Below are positions 39,346-48,969 of a stretch of 64,000 bases of DNA, one piece after another. Source of the DNA: Dehalococcoidia bacterium (GTDB taxonomy: Bacteria > Chloroflexota > Dehalococcoidia > DSTF01 > JACRBR01); assembly GCA_038227375.1 (NCBI GenBank), contig JBBRPY010000001.1, positions 5,825 through 69,824 of the forward strand, read 5' to 3'. The position numbers and the translations under genes were made by a program. The notes beneath the pieces are model-generated. The model saw nothing but the letters and a program-made list of their open reading frames with translations, ran no database searches and was not told where the DNA came from. The first letter of the stretch is position 1. Each line of letters starts with the position of its first letter.

Positions 39346-40338
39346 GTGTCAAAACACTCCGGATCCCCGCGCCCGCTGCTTCGGCCGCTGCACGCGGCGG
39401 TCATCGTCGCGCTGGCAGGGATCATCGCCCTTACGACGGCGGCGAAGTGCCAGACGCCGCCGCGCGCCGTCGGCTTTGGCCTCCTGCAGTTCGACGGCGA
39501 TGCGAAGAGCGCGGCATGGACGAACGATTCGGCGCTCGGCGTGAACCGCCTGTTCACCTGGGCCCAACTGGAACCGCAGCAGGGGCAGTTCGACTGGTCC
39601 GAGTTCGATGCGCTGCTGGAAATCTCGCGGAAGAACGGGAAGAGACTGGTCCCGCGCGTCTACACGAATATCGGCGGATTCGGGCAGGCGACGCCCGACT
39701 GGGTCTTCGATGACGGCGCCGAGCCATACTTCCAGTCCGATGCCGATCCGCGTCAGCCGGTGCCCACCGATGCCATCTTCAGCGAACACTTCGGGCAGTT
39801 TCTCTCCATCCTCGGCAAGCGCTACGACGGCAACCCGAACATCGAGTTCTTCCAGACGAACGCCGGCATGGGCGGTTACGGCGAGATGGTGTGGGGCGAG
39901 CCACGGGACAGGCTGCCGCCCGGATGGTCGCCGGACGTGCAGGTTGCTACCACCGAGCATTGGATCGATGCATGGCGCGATGCCTTCCCGCGCACACGCC
40001 TCTCGCTGATGGAGAACTACGTCGGATATCAGATCGCGGAGCGTGTGGTCCCCCATGCGGTGGCGCAGGGGTACTACTTGCAGGCGAACGACCCCGATCA
40101 ACCCGATCAGTCGCAGGACCTGCTGCGTTCGTTCGCCGGCAGCACGCGCATCATCATGGAAGTGGAGGACCGCGGGTGCCGGTCGGCGAATGGCCAGGCA
40201 TGGGATGACATGATCAACGAGGTCTTTGGATACGGCTTCCCGATTGACTATCTCGTGATCTGCGGCGAGAGCTTTGACGACGATCTCCGCGCGCGCGGCG
40301 CCCGCGACCTGCTGCGCAAAGACCTGACGCTACACTAA
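39346..40338 (+). CDS. Secreted/anchored glycoside-hydrolase-like protein (TIM-barrel, GH42/GH5-like N-terminal signature)
   Basis: N-terminal signal/anchor, then NRLFTWAQLEPQQGQFDWSEFDALLE, which resembles the clan GH-A W..LEP..G..DWS..D signature. Confidence 0.45.
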   Translation: MSKHSGSPRPLLRPLHAAVIVALAGIIALTTAAKCQTPPRAVGFGLLQFDGDAKSAAWTNDSALGVNRLFTWAQLEPQQGQFDWSEFDALLEISRKNGKRLVPRVYTNIGGFGQATPDWVFDDGAEPYFQSDADPRQPVPTDAIFSEHFGQFLSILGKRYDGNPNIEFFQTNAGMGGYGEMVWGEPRDRLPPGWSPDVQVATTEHWIDAWRDAFPRTRLSLMENYVGYQIAERVVPHAVAQGYYLQANDPDQPDQSQDLLRSFAGSTRIIMEVEDRGCRSANGQAWDDMINEVFGYGFPIDYLVICGESFDDDLRARGARDLLRKDLTLH

Positions 40339-40368
40339 CCCGAACATTTCTCCCTGGGAGCGACGCCG

Positions 40369-40713
40369 GTGAACGATGACTGCCTCTTCTGCGAGATCGC
40401 CGCGGGCGCGATCGAAGCGCCCCGGCTTCACGACGATGAGCTCGTGTTCGCGATACGCGACATCAATCCGCGCGCCCCGGTGCATCTGCTGATCATCCCG
40501 AAGCAACACATCGCCGATGCGCGCGCGATCACGCCGGAGCATGGCGCGTTGCTGGCGCGTATGGCGGGTGTCGCGGCGACGCTCGCGGATGCGGAGGGAC
40601 TCGCTAGCCGCGGCTATCGCCTCGCGTTCAACGTCGGCGAGGACGCCGGCATGACCGTCAGTCACCTGCACATGCACCTGCTCGGTGGGCGGCGCCTCGG
40701 AGCGGAAGGTTGA
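40369..40713 (+). CDS. HIT-family (histidine triad) nucleotide hydrolase
   Basis: CLFCEI N-terminus and HLHMHLLGG histidine-triad motif. Confidence 0.9.
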   Translation: MNDDCLFCEIAAGAIEAPRLHDDELVFAIRDINPRAPVHLLIIPKQHIADARAITPEHGALLARMAGVAATLADAEGLASRGYRLAFNVGEDAGMTVSHLHMHLLGGRRLGAEG

Positions 40714-40784
40714 GGTAGCGTTGCCGCGCTTGTCCCCGCGTGCGAGACTGCATCGCGTCTCGACACCGGCGCGACACGGAGCGT

Positions 40785-42017
40785 ATGCCAGTCTTTCGCC
40801 GCCGCTTCGTGCCGCACGCGATCTTTGCCGCGCTCCTCTTGTTCTCGTTCGGATGGTCGAGCGTAGCGGCGGTCGCGGCGTCGCTGCCCGACGGCCCGAA
40901 CGACTTCAACTCCCCGGGGTTCATCGTCCGTCACGCCTGGGTAAAGTTCGCCTATCTCGCGGTTCGACCACTCCGCGGCGATCTGTCGGAGGCGCAGAAG
41001 GACGCGCGGGTGGCGCGATTCTTCGAGCTGAATCGCCTGATCGACCAGCAGGATCGCATCGCGGGCGATCCCGCGAGCACGGGAGCCGATGCAGCTTCGG
41101 CTCGCGACCAATCTCGCGCTCTCCGGCAGGAGCGCAGCGGCATTCAGAACTCCGTGCAAGTCATCCTCGAAGGGCGCCTCACCGCGGCGATAGATGATGC
41201 CGGATTAACGCGGCGCTTCGGCGGCGACTTCGTCTGGCCGCCGGTGAACATCGAATTTCAGGACCCGCCCGCAGTGCTCGTCACGTCGCCGCGCAGTGAG
41301 ATTCGAAAGGAGGGTGAGACGCTATTGCAGGGCAACCTCCCGGTAGAGCGCGTCGAGCGGATCGAGACGGCGGCCGAGCGTGACGGCGCCACCTCGGCGC
41401 TCGTGGTGCAAATCGGCGGCATCGCCATGTACCCGGCGATCATTCCGCCGAGCGGCGACTATCACTTCATTCTGCAGGACATCGCGCACGAATGGACGCA
41501 TCACTACCTCTACTTCACGCCGCTCGGGCGTGCCTACTTCGCGGGCGCGAAGCTCACCACGATCAACGAGACCGTCGCCGACATTGTGGGGAACGAGCTC
41601 GGCGACCGGCTGTTCGCCCGCTACCCGCCCAGCATCACGCCGGCGACTACGGCCGCGGAGAAGGGGGCCGCTAGCGCCGCGCCGCCCGCCCCCGCGGGCA
41701 TCGACTTCACGAAAGAGATGCGTGACCTCCGCAAGCAGGTGGAAGCGCTGCTCGCGGCCGGGAACATCGACGAGGCCGAGCGGCGGATGGAACAGAAACG
41801 TCAGTTCCTCGCCGCAAACGGCTTCAACATCCGCAGGCTCAATCAGGCCTACTTTGCGTTTCACGGATCGTACGCCGACAGCGCCGGATCGATCGACCCG
41901 ATCGGGCCGAAGCTCGCGCGACTGCGCGCCGGCAGCGATTCGCTGCGTCAGTTCGTAGAAGAAGCGCGGACGTTGACGTCGGAATCCGACCTTGATCAGG
42001 CGCTGTCTACGCGGTGA
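40785..42017 (+). CDS. Secreted hypothetical HExxH metallopeptidase-like protein
   Basis: Signal peptide after MPVFRRRF; single HEWTHH zinc-binding motif. No further family assignment. Confidence 0.45.
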   Translation: MPVFRRRFVPHAIFAALLLFSFGWSSVAAVAASLPDGPNDFNSPGFIVRHAWVKFAYLAVRPLRGDLSEAQKDARVARFFELNRLIDQQDRIAGDPASTGADAASARDQSRALRQERSGIQNSVQVILEGRLTAAIDDAGLTRRFGGDFVWPPVNIEFQDPPAVLVTSPRSEIRKEGETLLQGNLPVERVERIETAAERDGATSALVVQIGGIAMYPAIIPPSGDYHFILQDIAHEWTHHYLYFTPLGRAYFAGAKLTTINETVADIVGNELGDRLFARYPPSITPATTAAEKGAASAAPPAPAGIDFTKEMRDLRKQVEALLAAGNIDEAERRMEQKRQFLAANGFNIRRLNQAYFAFHGSYADSAGSIDPIGPKLARLRAGSDSLRQFVEEARTLTSESDLDQALSTR

Positions 42018-42681
42018 CCTGCTCGACGGCCTTCCGCAGCGCGCGCAAGCTGGCCTGGGGCGACGACTCGCTGTTATACGTCGAGGAACCGCAGACGAGC
42101 ACGCCCGCGCCGGCATCGATGCAGGCAGCAACGTTGTTCGCCTTGACGCCGCCGTCCACCTCGATGTCCGGCGAGAGGCCACGCTCGATCAGCAGGGAAT
42201 GCAACCGACGCACCTTTTCGAGCGTCGCCGGGATCAGCTTCTGGCCGCCCCAGCCGGGATTGATCAGCATCACGACAATCTGGTCGACGATGTCGAGCAC
42301 GTCCTCGATCGCGCTCAGTGGCGTCGCCGGGTTGATGCAGATGCCGGCGCGCTTGCGCATCGTGTGGATGGAGCGCAGCAGGCGGTCGGCGTGGACCGAT
42401 GCTTCGATGTGGAAATTGATGATGTCCGCCCCGGCATCGACGAACGCGGCAAACTGCGTTTCCGGCGCTTCGATCATCAGGTGCAAATCGATCGGCAGCT
42501 TGGTAGCCTTGCGCACGGCCTCCACGACGAGGGGCCCGAATGTGATCGGCGGGACGAAGTGTCCGTCCATCACATCGAGGTGAATGTAGTCGGCGCCACC
42601 CGCTTCTGCGGCGCGGATCTGGTCGGCGATGTGGCCGAAGTCCGCCGTGAGGATCGATGGCGCGAGCCTTATCGGCGTCAT
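42007..42681 (-). CDS. rpe: Ribulose-phosphate 3-epimerase
   Basis: SILTADFG...HLDVMDGHFVP...DLHLM motifs. Confidence 0.95.
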   Translation of the reverse strand: MTPIRLAPSILTADFGHIADQIRAAEAGGADYIHLDVMDGHFVPPITFGPLVVEAVRKATKLPIDLHLMIEAPETQFAAFVDAGADIINFHIEASVHADRLLRSIHTMRKRAGICINPATPLSAIEDVLDIVDQIVVMLINPGWGGQKLIPATLEKVRRLHSLLIERGLSPDIEVDGGVKANNVAACIDAGAGVLVCGSSTYNSESSPQASLRALRKAVEQVTA

Positions 42682-44186
42682 GCGCCCGGCTCCTCGGCGT
42701 CACCTTCCGCCGACAGCCATCCGTCGATGCGCTCTCGCCAGGTCTTCAGCATCTGAGCCACCTGTTTGGGGGCGGTGCCGCCGGCCACGTCGCGCGAGTT
42801 GATCGACGACATCACGTCGATCGCGCGGGCGTCTTCGGCGAACAGCGGTGAGAACCGCCGCAGTTCTTCGAGCGGCAGCTGCGCCAGGTCCGGCGTCTCC
42901 TGCTCCTCCGCATGGCGTACGAGCTTCCCGACCACTGTGTGTGCCTCACGGAACGGCAGTCCTTTGCGGACCAGATAATCGGCGAGATCGGTGGCGAGCG
43001 AGTAGTTTGCGGTTGCAGCGTCTCGCGCACGCTCGGCGTCCACTTCGATCCCCGGAAGCATTGCCGACAGCGTGCTAAGGGTCGACATCAAAGTCGCTTC
43101 CGCGGCGATCAGCGGCGGCTTGTCCTCTTGCAGATCGCGGTTGTAGGCGAGCGGCAGCCCCTTCAGCGTCATTAGCATGCTCATCAGGCCGCCGACAACG
43201 CTACCCGTGCGCCCGCGTGCCAGCTCGGCGACATCCGGATTCTTCTTCTGCGGCATGATGCTCGAGCCGGTCGCGAACCCGTCGGGCAGCCGGATGAACC
43301 CGAACTCCGCGCTCGACCAGAGCACGAGCTCCTCTGCGAGGCGCGAGACATGCACCATCGTCAGCGCCGCCGCGCTCAGGTAATCGACCACGAAGTCACG
43401 ATCCCCAACAGCGTCAATGCTGTTGTCGCTGATGCGGGCGAAGTCGAGCTGCTCGGCCACGTACTGGCGGTCGATCGGATACGGCACCCCGGCCAGCGCG
43501 CCGCTGCCGAGCGGCAGCGAATCAGCCATGTCGAACGCCAGCGAGAAGCGCTGCATGTCGCGACCCAACATCGCCACGTAGGCAAGCATGTGGTGCGCAA
43601 AGAGGACAGGCTGGGCGCGCTGGAGGTGCGTATAGCCTGGCATGACGACGTTAACATTCGCCTCCGCGAGCGTCAGAAATGCTTCCTGCAGGACGATCAG
43701 CGCCTTCAGCGCAAGCTGGCAGCTCTGTTTCACGTAGATGCGGAAGTCGGTGGCGACCTGATCGTTCCGAGAACGCGCCGTGTGCAGCTTGCCGGCGACC
43801 GGCCCTACCTTCTCGGTGAGCCTAGCCTCGACGTTCATGTGCACGTCTTCAAGGCCTTCGTCTAGATCGAAGGCGCCGCTTTCGTGCTCCTCCATGATCT
43901 CGGTCAACCCGCGGACGATGCGGTCGGCGTCCTGCTCGGGGATGATGCGCTGACGACCGAGCATCATCGCGTGCGCGATCGAGGCCTCGATGTCGGCTTC
44001 CAGCAGGTGCTCGTCCATGTCGATGGACGACGTGTACAGGTCGACGATGAGAGCGGTGGGCGACTCGAACCTGCCGCCCCAGGGCTTCTCAGCGGCGCTT
44101 GCGGATGCATCCTGCGTCTCGCCAGAGCTGGCCGGGCCCTTGGGCACTCGTTTCTTCGCCACTACGCTCCCTTTCGATCCGTACAT
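42678..44186 (-). CDS. argH: Argininosuccinate lyase
   Basis: WGGRF N-terminus and the fumarate-lyase signature GSSIMPQKKNPD. The ~35-aa N-terminal extension means the start is uncertain. Confidence 0.9.
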   Translation of the reverse strand: MYGSKGSVVAKKRVPKGPASSGETQDASASAAEKPWGGRFESPTALIVDLYTSSIDMDEHLLEADIEASIAHAMMLGRQRIIPEQDADRIVRGLTEIMEEHESGAFDLDEGLEDVHMNVEARLTEKVGPVAGKLHTARSRNDQVATDFRIYVKQSCQLALKALIVLQEAFLTLAEANVNVVMPGYTHLQRAQPVLFAHHMLAYVAMLGRDMQRFSLAFDMADSLPLGSGALAGVPYPIDRQYVAEQLDFARISDNSIDAVGDRDFVVDYLSAAALTMVHVSRLAEELVLWSSAEFGFIRLPDGFATGSSIMPQKKNPDVAELARGRTGSVVGGLMSMLMTLKGLPLAYNRDLQEDKPPLIAAEATLMSTLSTLSAMLPGIEVDAERARDAATANYSLATDLADYLVRKGLPFREAHTVVGKLVRHAEEQETPDLAQLPLEELRRFSPLFAEDARAIDVMSSINSRDVAGGTAPKQVAQMLKTWRERIDGWLSAEGDAEEPGA

Positions 44187-44250
44187 GCGCGCATGTAATA
44201 GGTGAGGATAGCAGCAGCGCGCGAACGGCGGCTTCTGCGTTCAGCGCAGC

Positions 44251-45084
44251 TCAAACAGCGAAGGTCGGAAGGTCCCTCAGTTCGCGCAGCGTGTGTATGG
44301 TGAAGTCCGGCGTGATGCCCTCGCCGCCCGCGTACTCGCCGAGCGCGCGTCCCGTCTGGGCACGGGTTGCCGGCGTGTCGGCGGGCACTTCGCCCACCTG
44401 CTCCGCCTCGTGCGGGCGGTCCTTCTTCCGTACGCGCCGCCAGATCGCCGTCATCCCCAGCGCCTGCGATGCGGCGACGTCCGCGCGCAGCGAGTCGCCC
44501 ACCATTGCCGTCTCCGACGCCTGGATGTGCATCTCGTCGAGCGCGTACTGGAACGCCTTCGGATGGGGCTTCATGTACCCCATGTCGCACGAGACGGATG
44601 TCGATTCGAAGTAGCGGTCGAGCCCCAGCTCCCGCAGCTCCTCGGCGAAGCGTGGGCCGCCGAAGACGCGATTGGTCACGCAGCCAATGCGAAGACCATG
44701 CTCGCGCAGCCAATCGAGCGTCGCAAACGCGTCCTCGAACATCGTCCGGCCGAGGGCGAGGCCGCCGAGGTTCCAGGCGTCCCACAGCGCGGTCGCTTGC
44801 TCGTAATCGATCTCCAGGCCCATCCCGGCAGCGATGCCGCGCACGACCTCGTTGAAGTCGGGGCTGACGCAATCGCCCTCGTACGCCGCACGGTCGGCCC
44901 TCTCGACCCCGAACCGTATCTCGCGGCCGAGGAAGCGCAACTCTCCTTCCAGCGGCACGTCCCACGTCTGGAGCAGGCTGCCGATGCGGCGCATGGTCTC
45001 CGTGCGGATCTGCATCGCGGGCGGCAGCTCCGGAAAGTGCCAGAGGGTATCGCCGAGGTCGAACAGAACAGCCGTAATCGCCAT
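44251..45084 (-). CDS. HAD-superfamily hydrolase
   Basis: Motif I FDLGDTLW (DxD-type) near the N-terminus. Confidence 0.75.
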   Translation of the reverse strand: MAITAVLFDLGDTLWHFPELPPAMQIRTETMRRIGSLLQTWDVPLEGELRFLGREIRFGVERADRAAYEGDCVSPDFNEVVRGIAAGMGLEIDYEQATALWDAWNLGGLALGRTMFEDAFATLDWLREHGLRIGCVTNRVFGGPRFAEELRELGLDRYFESTSVSCDMGYMKPHPKAFQYALDEMHIQASETAMVGDSLRADVAASQALGMTAIWRRVRKKDRPHEAEQVGEVPADTPATRAQTGRALGEYAGGEGITPDFTIHTLRELRDLPTFAV

Positions 45085-45224
45085 GCACTGCCTCCAGGGG
45101 GAGGATACCTGTTTGGACGTTAGAGGCTGGAGGCTGGGCTATCGCAGCCCTCGCTTGAACTAGTCTCCCGTACCCACGCGGTGGAGATGTGCTTGCAGAC
45201 GCGCCGCGCTCAGTCGCCGCCACC

Positions 45225-45746
45225 CTATTCCGCGCGGAGCAACGACATCGCTACGACGTCATGGTAGGCGCCGCCCTGGTACCGCGCGCCGCGTCGCCGG
45301 CCTTCCTCTACGAAGCCGCAGTTTCGGTAGGCGGCGCGCGCCCGCGCGTTGAAGTCGTACACATCGAGGCTGACTCGGTGCAGCCCCATCTCCTCGAAGG
45401 CGAACCGCAGCAGCGTGGCCAGCGCATCGCTGCCGTAGCCGCGCGACCAGTGCTCCTTCTCGCCGATCATCATGCCCAACCACGCGGAGCGGTCTTCCGC
45501 AGACACGTCGTGCAGGCCGATGTTGCCGATGAGCGCGCCGGCCTTCGTCTCGATCGCGAAGTACGCAGCCGAGAGCGATGGCGCCGTCTCCGCGCGTGTT
45601 CGCATCCACGCTTCCTCAAACGCCAGCGACTGCTCGTAGCGCGCGCCGAGGAAGCGCGTGACCTCGCGGTCGTTGATCCACTTGTGCAGCAGCACGGCGT
45701 CGCCGGCTTCGTGCGCGCGAAGGTTGACGAGCCTGCCCTCAAGCAT
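45225..45746 (-). CDS. GNAT N-acetyltransferase, tandem paralog 1 (RimJ/RimL-like)
   Basis: LVNLRAHE...WINDREVTRFL...IGEKEHWSRGYGSDA...YRNCGFVEEGRRRGA. Shares >50% identity with the next three ORFs. Confidence 0.8.
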   Translation of the reverse strand: MLEGRLVNLRAHEAGDAVLLHKWINDREVTRFLGARYEQSLAFEEAWMRTRAETAPSLSAAYFAIETKAGALIGNIGLHDVSAEDRSAWLGMMIGEKEHWSRGYGSDALATLLRFAFEEMGLHRVSLDVYDFNARARAAYRNCGFVEEGRRRGARYQGGAYHDVVAMSLLRAE

Positions 45747-46281
45747 CCGGGCGAAGGCGCCACTCGTCACGCAGCACGGCCATGACGATGAAGTCGTGAT
45801 GGCGGCCCTGCCGGTAGCGGGCGCCGCGACGCCGGCCTTCCTCGACGAATCCGCACTTCCGATACGCCGCGATCGCGCGGTGGTTGAAGCTGTATGTGAA
45901 CAACTGAACGCGGTGCAGGTTCATCTCGTCGAAGGCGAAGCGCAGCAGCGTGCGGACCGCATCAGAGCCGTAGCCACGAGACCAGTAGGGCTTCTCGCCG
46001 ATCATGATGCCCATTTCTGCCACACGATCTTCAGGTCGGACATCGAAGAGATTGGTGTTGCCGATGTGCGCTCCGTCCTTCGTCTCGATCGCGAAGAACG
46101 GCCTCTCGAACGACATGGGCGCCGAGACGACGTCCCGCAGCCATGCTTCCTCCGCGGCGCTCGAGAGCTCGTAGCGCACGGAAAGAAACTGCGTCACCTC
46201 CCGGTCGTTGATCCAGCGGGTGTTCCGGGCGAGATCACCCATCTCCGGCGCGCGCAGGTCCACGAGCTTGCCCGCGATCAT
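45739..46281 (-). CDS. GNAT N-acetyltransferase, tandem paralog 2
   Basis: Same architecture. The start at MIAGKLVDL gives an ATGA overlap with paralog 3. Confidence 0.8.
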   Translation of the reverse strand: MIAGKLVDLRAPEMGDLARNTRWINDREVTQFLSVRYELSSAAEEAWLRDVVSAPMSFERPFFAIETKDGAHIGNTNLFDVRPEDRVAEMGIMIGEKPYWSRGYGSDAVRTLLRFAFDEMNLHRVQLFTYSFNHRAIAAYRKCGFVEEGRRRGARYRQGRHHDFIVMAVLRDEWRLRPDA

Positions 46282-46817
46282 CGCGCCTCCTCCGACCATT
46301 CGCAGGCCAATGCGCTCATCACGATCACGTCCACCCATACGCCGCGGGAGTAGTACGCACGCCGCCGGATGCCTTCTTGTACGAAGCCGCACTTCTGGTA
46401 GGCGGCGATCGCTCGCGCGTTCGTGGCATAGACATAGAGCTCCACGCGGTGGAGATTCATCTCCCGAAAGGCGAACCGCAGCAGCGTGCGGACAGCATCG
46501 GATCCGTAGCGCTTAGACCAGTAGGAGCGCTCGCCGATCATAATGGACAATTGGGCATGCCGATCGTCGCTCGACACGTCGGACAACCGAATATTGCCGA
46601 TGTACACGCCGTCCTTCGTCTCGATCGCGAAGCGTGGGTCTGCGTGTGACAGCGGCTCGGATGCGTAGCCCCGGACCGCCGGCTTAATCGCCGCCAGAGA
46701 CTGCGGGTAGCGGTGGCCCGTCAGCGCCAGCAACTCGCGGTCGCTACTCCAGCGGGCGTTGCGCTCGGCGTCGCCGAACTCCCGGGCGCGCAGGTTCACG
46801 AGCTTGCCGGCGATCAC
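46278..46817 (-). CDS. GNAT N-acetyltransferase, tandem paralog 3
   Basis: MIAGKLVNLRAREF...IGERSYWSKRYGSDA...YQKCGFVQEG. Confidence 0.8.
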   Translation of the reverse strand: MIAGKLVNLRAREFGDAERNARWSSDRELLALTGHRYPQSLAAIKPAVRGYASEPLSHADPRFAIETKDGVYIGNIRLSDVSSDDRHAQLSIMIGERSYWSKRYGSDAVRTLLRFAFREMNLHRVELYVYATNARAIAAYQKCGFVQEGIRRRAYYSRGVWVDVIVMSALACEWSEEAR

Positions 46818-47371
46818 GGCGCCGCCTGTAATTCAGTCTGCTGCGCTGCCCACTCGTCGCGCAGAATGCCCATCCAGATCCCGTCGTGATACGCCCCCTC
46901 GCTGAAGTGCCCCTGGCGCATCCGGACTTCCTCGACGAAGCCGCACTTCCGGTAGCAGGCAAGTGCCCGCGCGTTTCGCGCGTCGACGGTCAGTTCGATG
47001 CGGTAGAGGTTCATCTCTTCGAAGCCGAAGCGCAGAAGCGTGCGCATGGCGTCGCCGCCGTACCCCTTCGACCAATACGCCTTGTCGCCGATGACGATGC
47101 CCAGGACGGCGCGGCGGTCCTCAGGGAACGTCTGGTTGAAGCCGATGCTGCCGATGTGCACGCCGGCTCGCGTGTCGATGGCGAACTGCACGCGGTCGTA
47201 CGAGAGCGGCTTGCCGGTGTTCTCGCGGAGCCATGCTTCTTCGGCGAGCAGTGACAGCGGGTAGCGCTTCCCCACGAAGCGCGTCACGTCGGGGTCGTTG
47301 AACCAGGCCGCGTACCGTTCGAGGTCGGTCATCTCGTGCGCGCGGAGCTGAACGAGCTTGCCTTCGATCAT
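46814..47371 (-). CDS. GNAT N-acetyltransferase, tandem paralog 4
   Basis: MIEGKLVQLRAHEM...IGDKAYWSKGYGGDA...YRKCGFVEEV. ATGA overlap with paralog 3. Confidence 0.8.
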   Translation of the reverse strand: MIEGKLVQLRAHEMTDLERYAAWFNDPDVTRFVGKRYPLSLLAEEAWLRENTGKPLSYDRVQFAIDTRAGVHIGSIGFNQTFPEDRRAVLGIVIGDKAYWSKGYGGDAMRTLLRFGFEEMNLYRIELTVDARNARALACYRKCGFVEEVRMRQGHFSEGAYHDGIWMGILRDEWAAQQTELQAAP

Positions 47372-47772
47372 CGCTGTTCCTCCTGCCGCGAACTGCGGCG
47401 GCTAACAAGAAGGCCCACCGGGGTGGGCCTGCGTTTCGCGTCCGGGGTAGCTGCGGGCTACGGCGTGCTTCGCGACGACAGGCTTCGGGCGGCGATACGA
47501 TCACCCTGCGGGCGATTCGTGCCCGACGGAAACGGATTGCATCCCACCATGTGCGCCATCGTCGCCACCACTCCCTCGAAGTTGGGCGCAGTATAACCGC
47601 AGACGCCCCGCGCATCGCAAGAGCGGCGGGACGGTGCGATAGGATGTGGCCGGGAGCGCAGCGAGGAGCAGCAGCAAGTGCGACAATCAGGCCCAAACTG
47701 GCCGTCACGTCAAAGGCGCCAGTGCTCCGAAACGTCCGCCCCGCCGCGAAGCGCGCCCAAGCGCAACCCCGC

Positions 47773-48969
47773 ATGACCGGACCGCTCGGCTCGATGCGCA
47801 TCCTCGATCTCACGTCCGGCGTGGCAGGGCCGTGGAGCACAAAGCTGCTCGCGGATTACGGCGCCGACGTGATCAAGGTCGAGCGCCCGGGCATCGGCGA
47901 TCCTTCGCGCGGGCACGGGCGCTTCCCCGACGGCGTGCCCGACCGGGATCAGAGCGCGCTGTTCCTGTGGCTGAACACGAGCAAACGTGGCATCACCGTC
48001 GACATCGAGACGGCGAGCGGCCGCGCCCTGCTGTTGCGGCTCGCCGCGCGCTGCGACGCCGTTGTCCACGACCTGCGTCCGTCTGATCTCGCGCGGCTGC
48101 GTCTGTCGCATGATGTGTTCGCCGCCGAAAACGCATCCGTCGCCACGATAGCCGTGACGGCGTTCGGGCAATCGGGCCCCTACGCTGACTGGCGCGCGAC
48201 GAACCTCACCTCGTACGCAAGCGGCGGCCAGCACTGGCTGACCGGCGACGCCGGCCGCGAGCCGCTGCAGAACGGCGGCTACCAAGCGGAGTATCAAACC
48301 GGCACGTGGGCGTTCGGCGCCACGCTGACGGCGGTCTGGGACGCCAGGGCGAACGGCGCCGGCCAGCACGTCGACGTCGCCGGCATGGAGGTGCAGGCGT
48401 CGATCCTGGAGATCTATCTGCCGGACTTCGCCTACCGGAAGGCAGAGACGCTGTTGCTGCGGCGGGGCAACTTTGCCTCCGCCGCGGTCGGCATCTATCC
48501 CGTCATCGATGGCCACATCGGCATCCACGCGATGCCGAAGAACTGGCCGCAGTTGGTCGAGGCGCTCGATCTGCAGTGGATGGCGGACGACGAGCGCTTT
48601 GCCGACAACCGGGCGCGGTTGCGCAACGACGATGATCTCTCGGCGGAGATGTTCGTCTGGGCTGCCGGCGTGACGCGCGCGGAAGCCTACGAGCGCGCGG
48701 GCCGCCATCGCGCGCCGATTTCGCCGGTGAACACAGTGGCGGACCTGCTCGCGTCGGAGCACCTCGACATCCGCGGCTTCTGGCGAGAGATCGAGCATCC
48801 CGGCGCCGGCGCCATGCGCTATCCCGGCCCGCCCGCCAGGATGAGCGGCACGCCGGCGGAGCCTCGGCGCGCGCCGCTGCTCGGCGAGCACACGAGTACG
48901 GTGCTGACCACGCTGCTGGGGCTGAGCCAGCGCGACGTCACCTTGCTCGCCCGGGCGGGCATCGTATGA
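47773..48969 (+). CDS. Family III CoA-transferase (CaiB/BaiF)
   Basis: MRILDLTSGVAGPWSTKLLADYGADVIKVERP N-terminal signature. The start is placed at ATG 47773; the ORF-track N-extension has no support. Confidence 0.8.
   Translation: MTGPLGSMRILDLTSGVAGPWSTKLLADYGADVIKVERPGIGDPSRGHGRFPDGVPDRDQSALFLWLNTSKRGITVDIETASGRALLLRLAARCDAVVHDLRPSDLARLRLSHDVFAAENASVATIAVTAFGQSGPYADWRATNLTSYASGGQHWLTGDAGREPLQNGGYQAEYQTGTWAFGATLTAVWDARANGAGQHVDVAGMEVQASILEIYLPDFAYRKAETLLLRRGNFASAAVGIYPVIDGHIGIHAMPKNWPQLVEALDLQWMADDERFADNRARLRNDDDLSAEMFVWAAGVTRAEAYERAGRHRAPISPVNTVADLLASEHLDIRGFWREIEHPGAGAMRYPGPPARMSGTPAEPRRAPLLGEHTSTVLTTLLGLSQRDVTLLARAGIV

Noticed and set aside
39346-39420. Alternative interpretation of the GH-like protein as a polysaccharide deacetylase
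   Set aside because: No NodB-type His/Asp motifs; only the GH-A-like N-terminal signature is present, so it is kept as a low-confidence glycoside-hydrolase-like call.
47400-47435. Hairpin AGGCCCACCGGGGTGGGCCT in the GNAT-array / CoA-transferase divergent region
   Set aside because: No T-tract on either strand, and it sits in a divergent promoter region rather than at a gene end. Possibly a 5' UTR structure but not supportable as a terminator.
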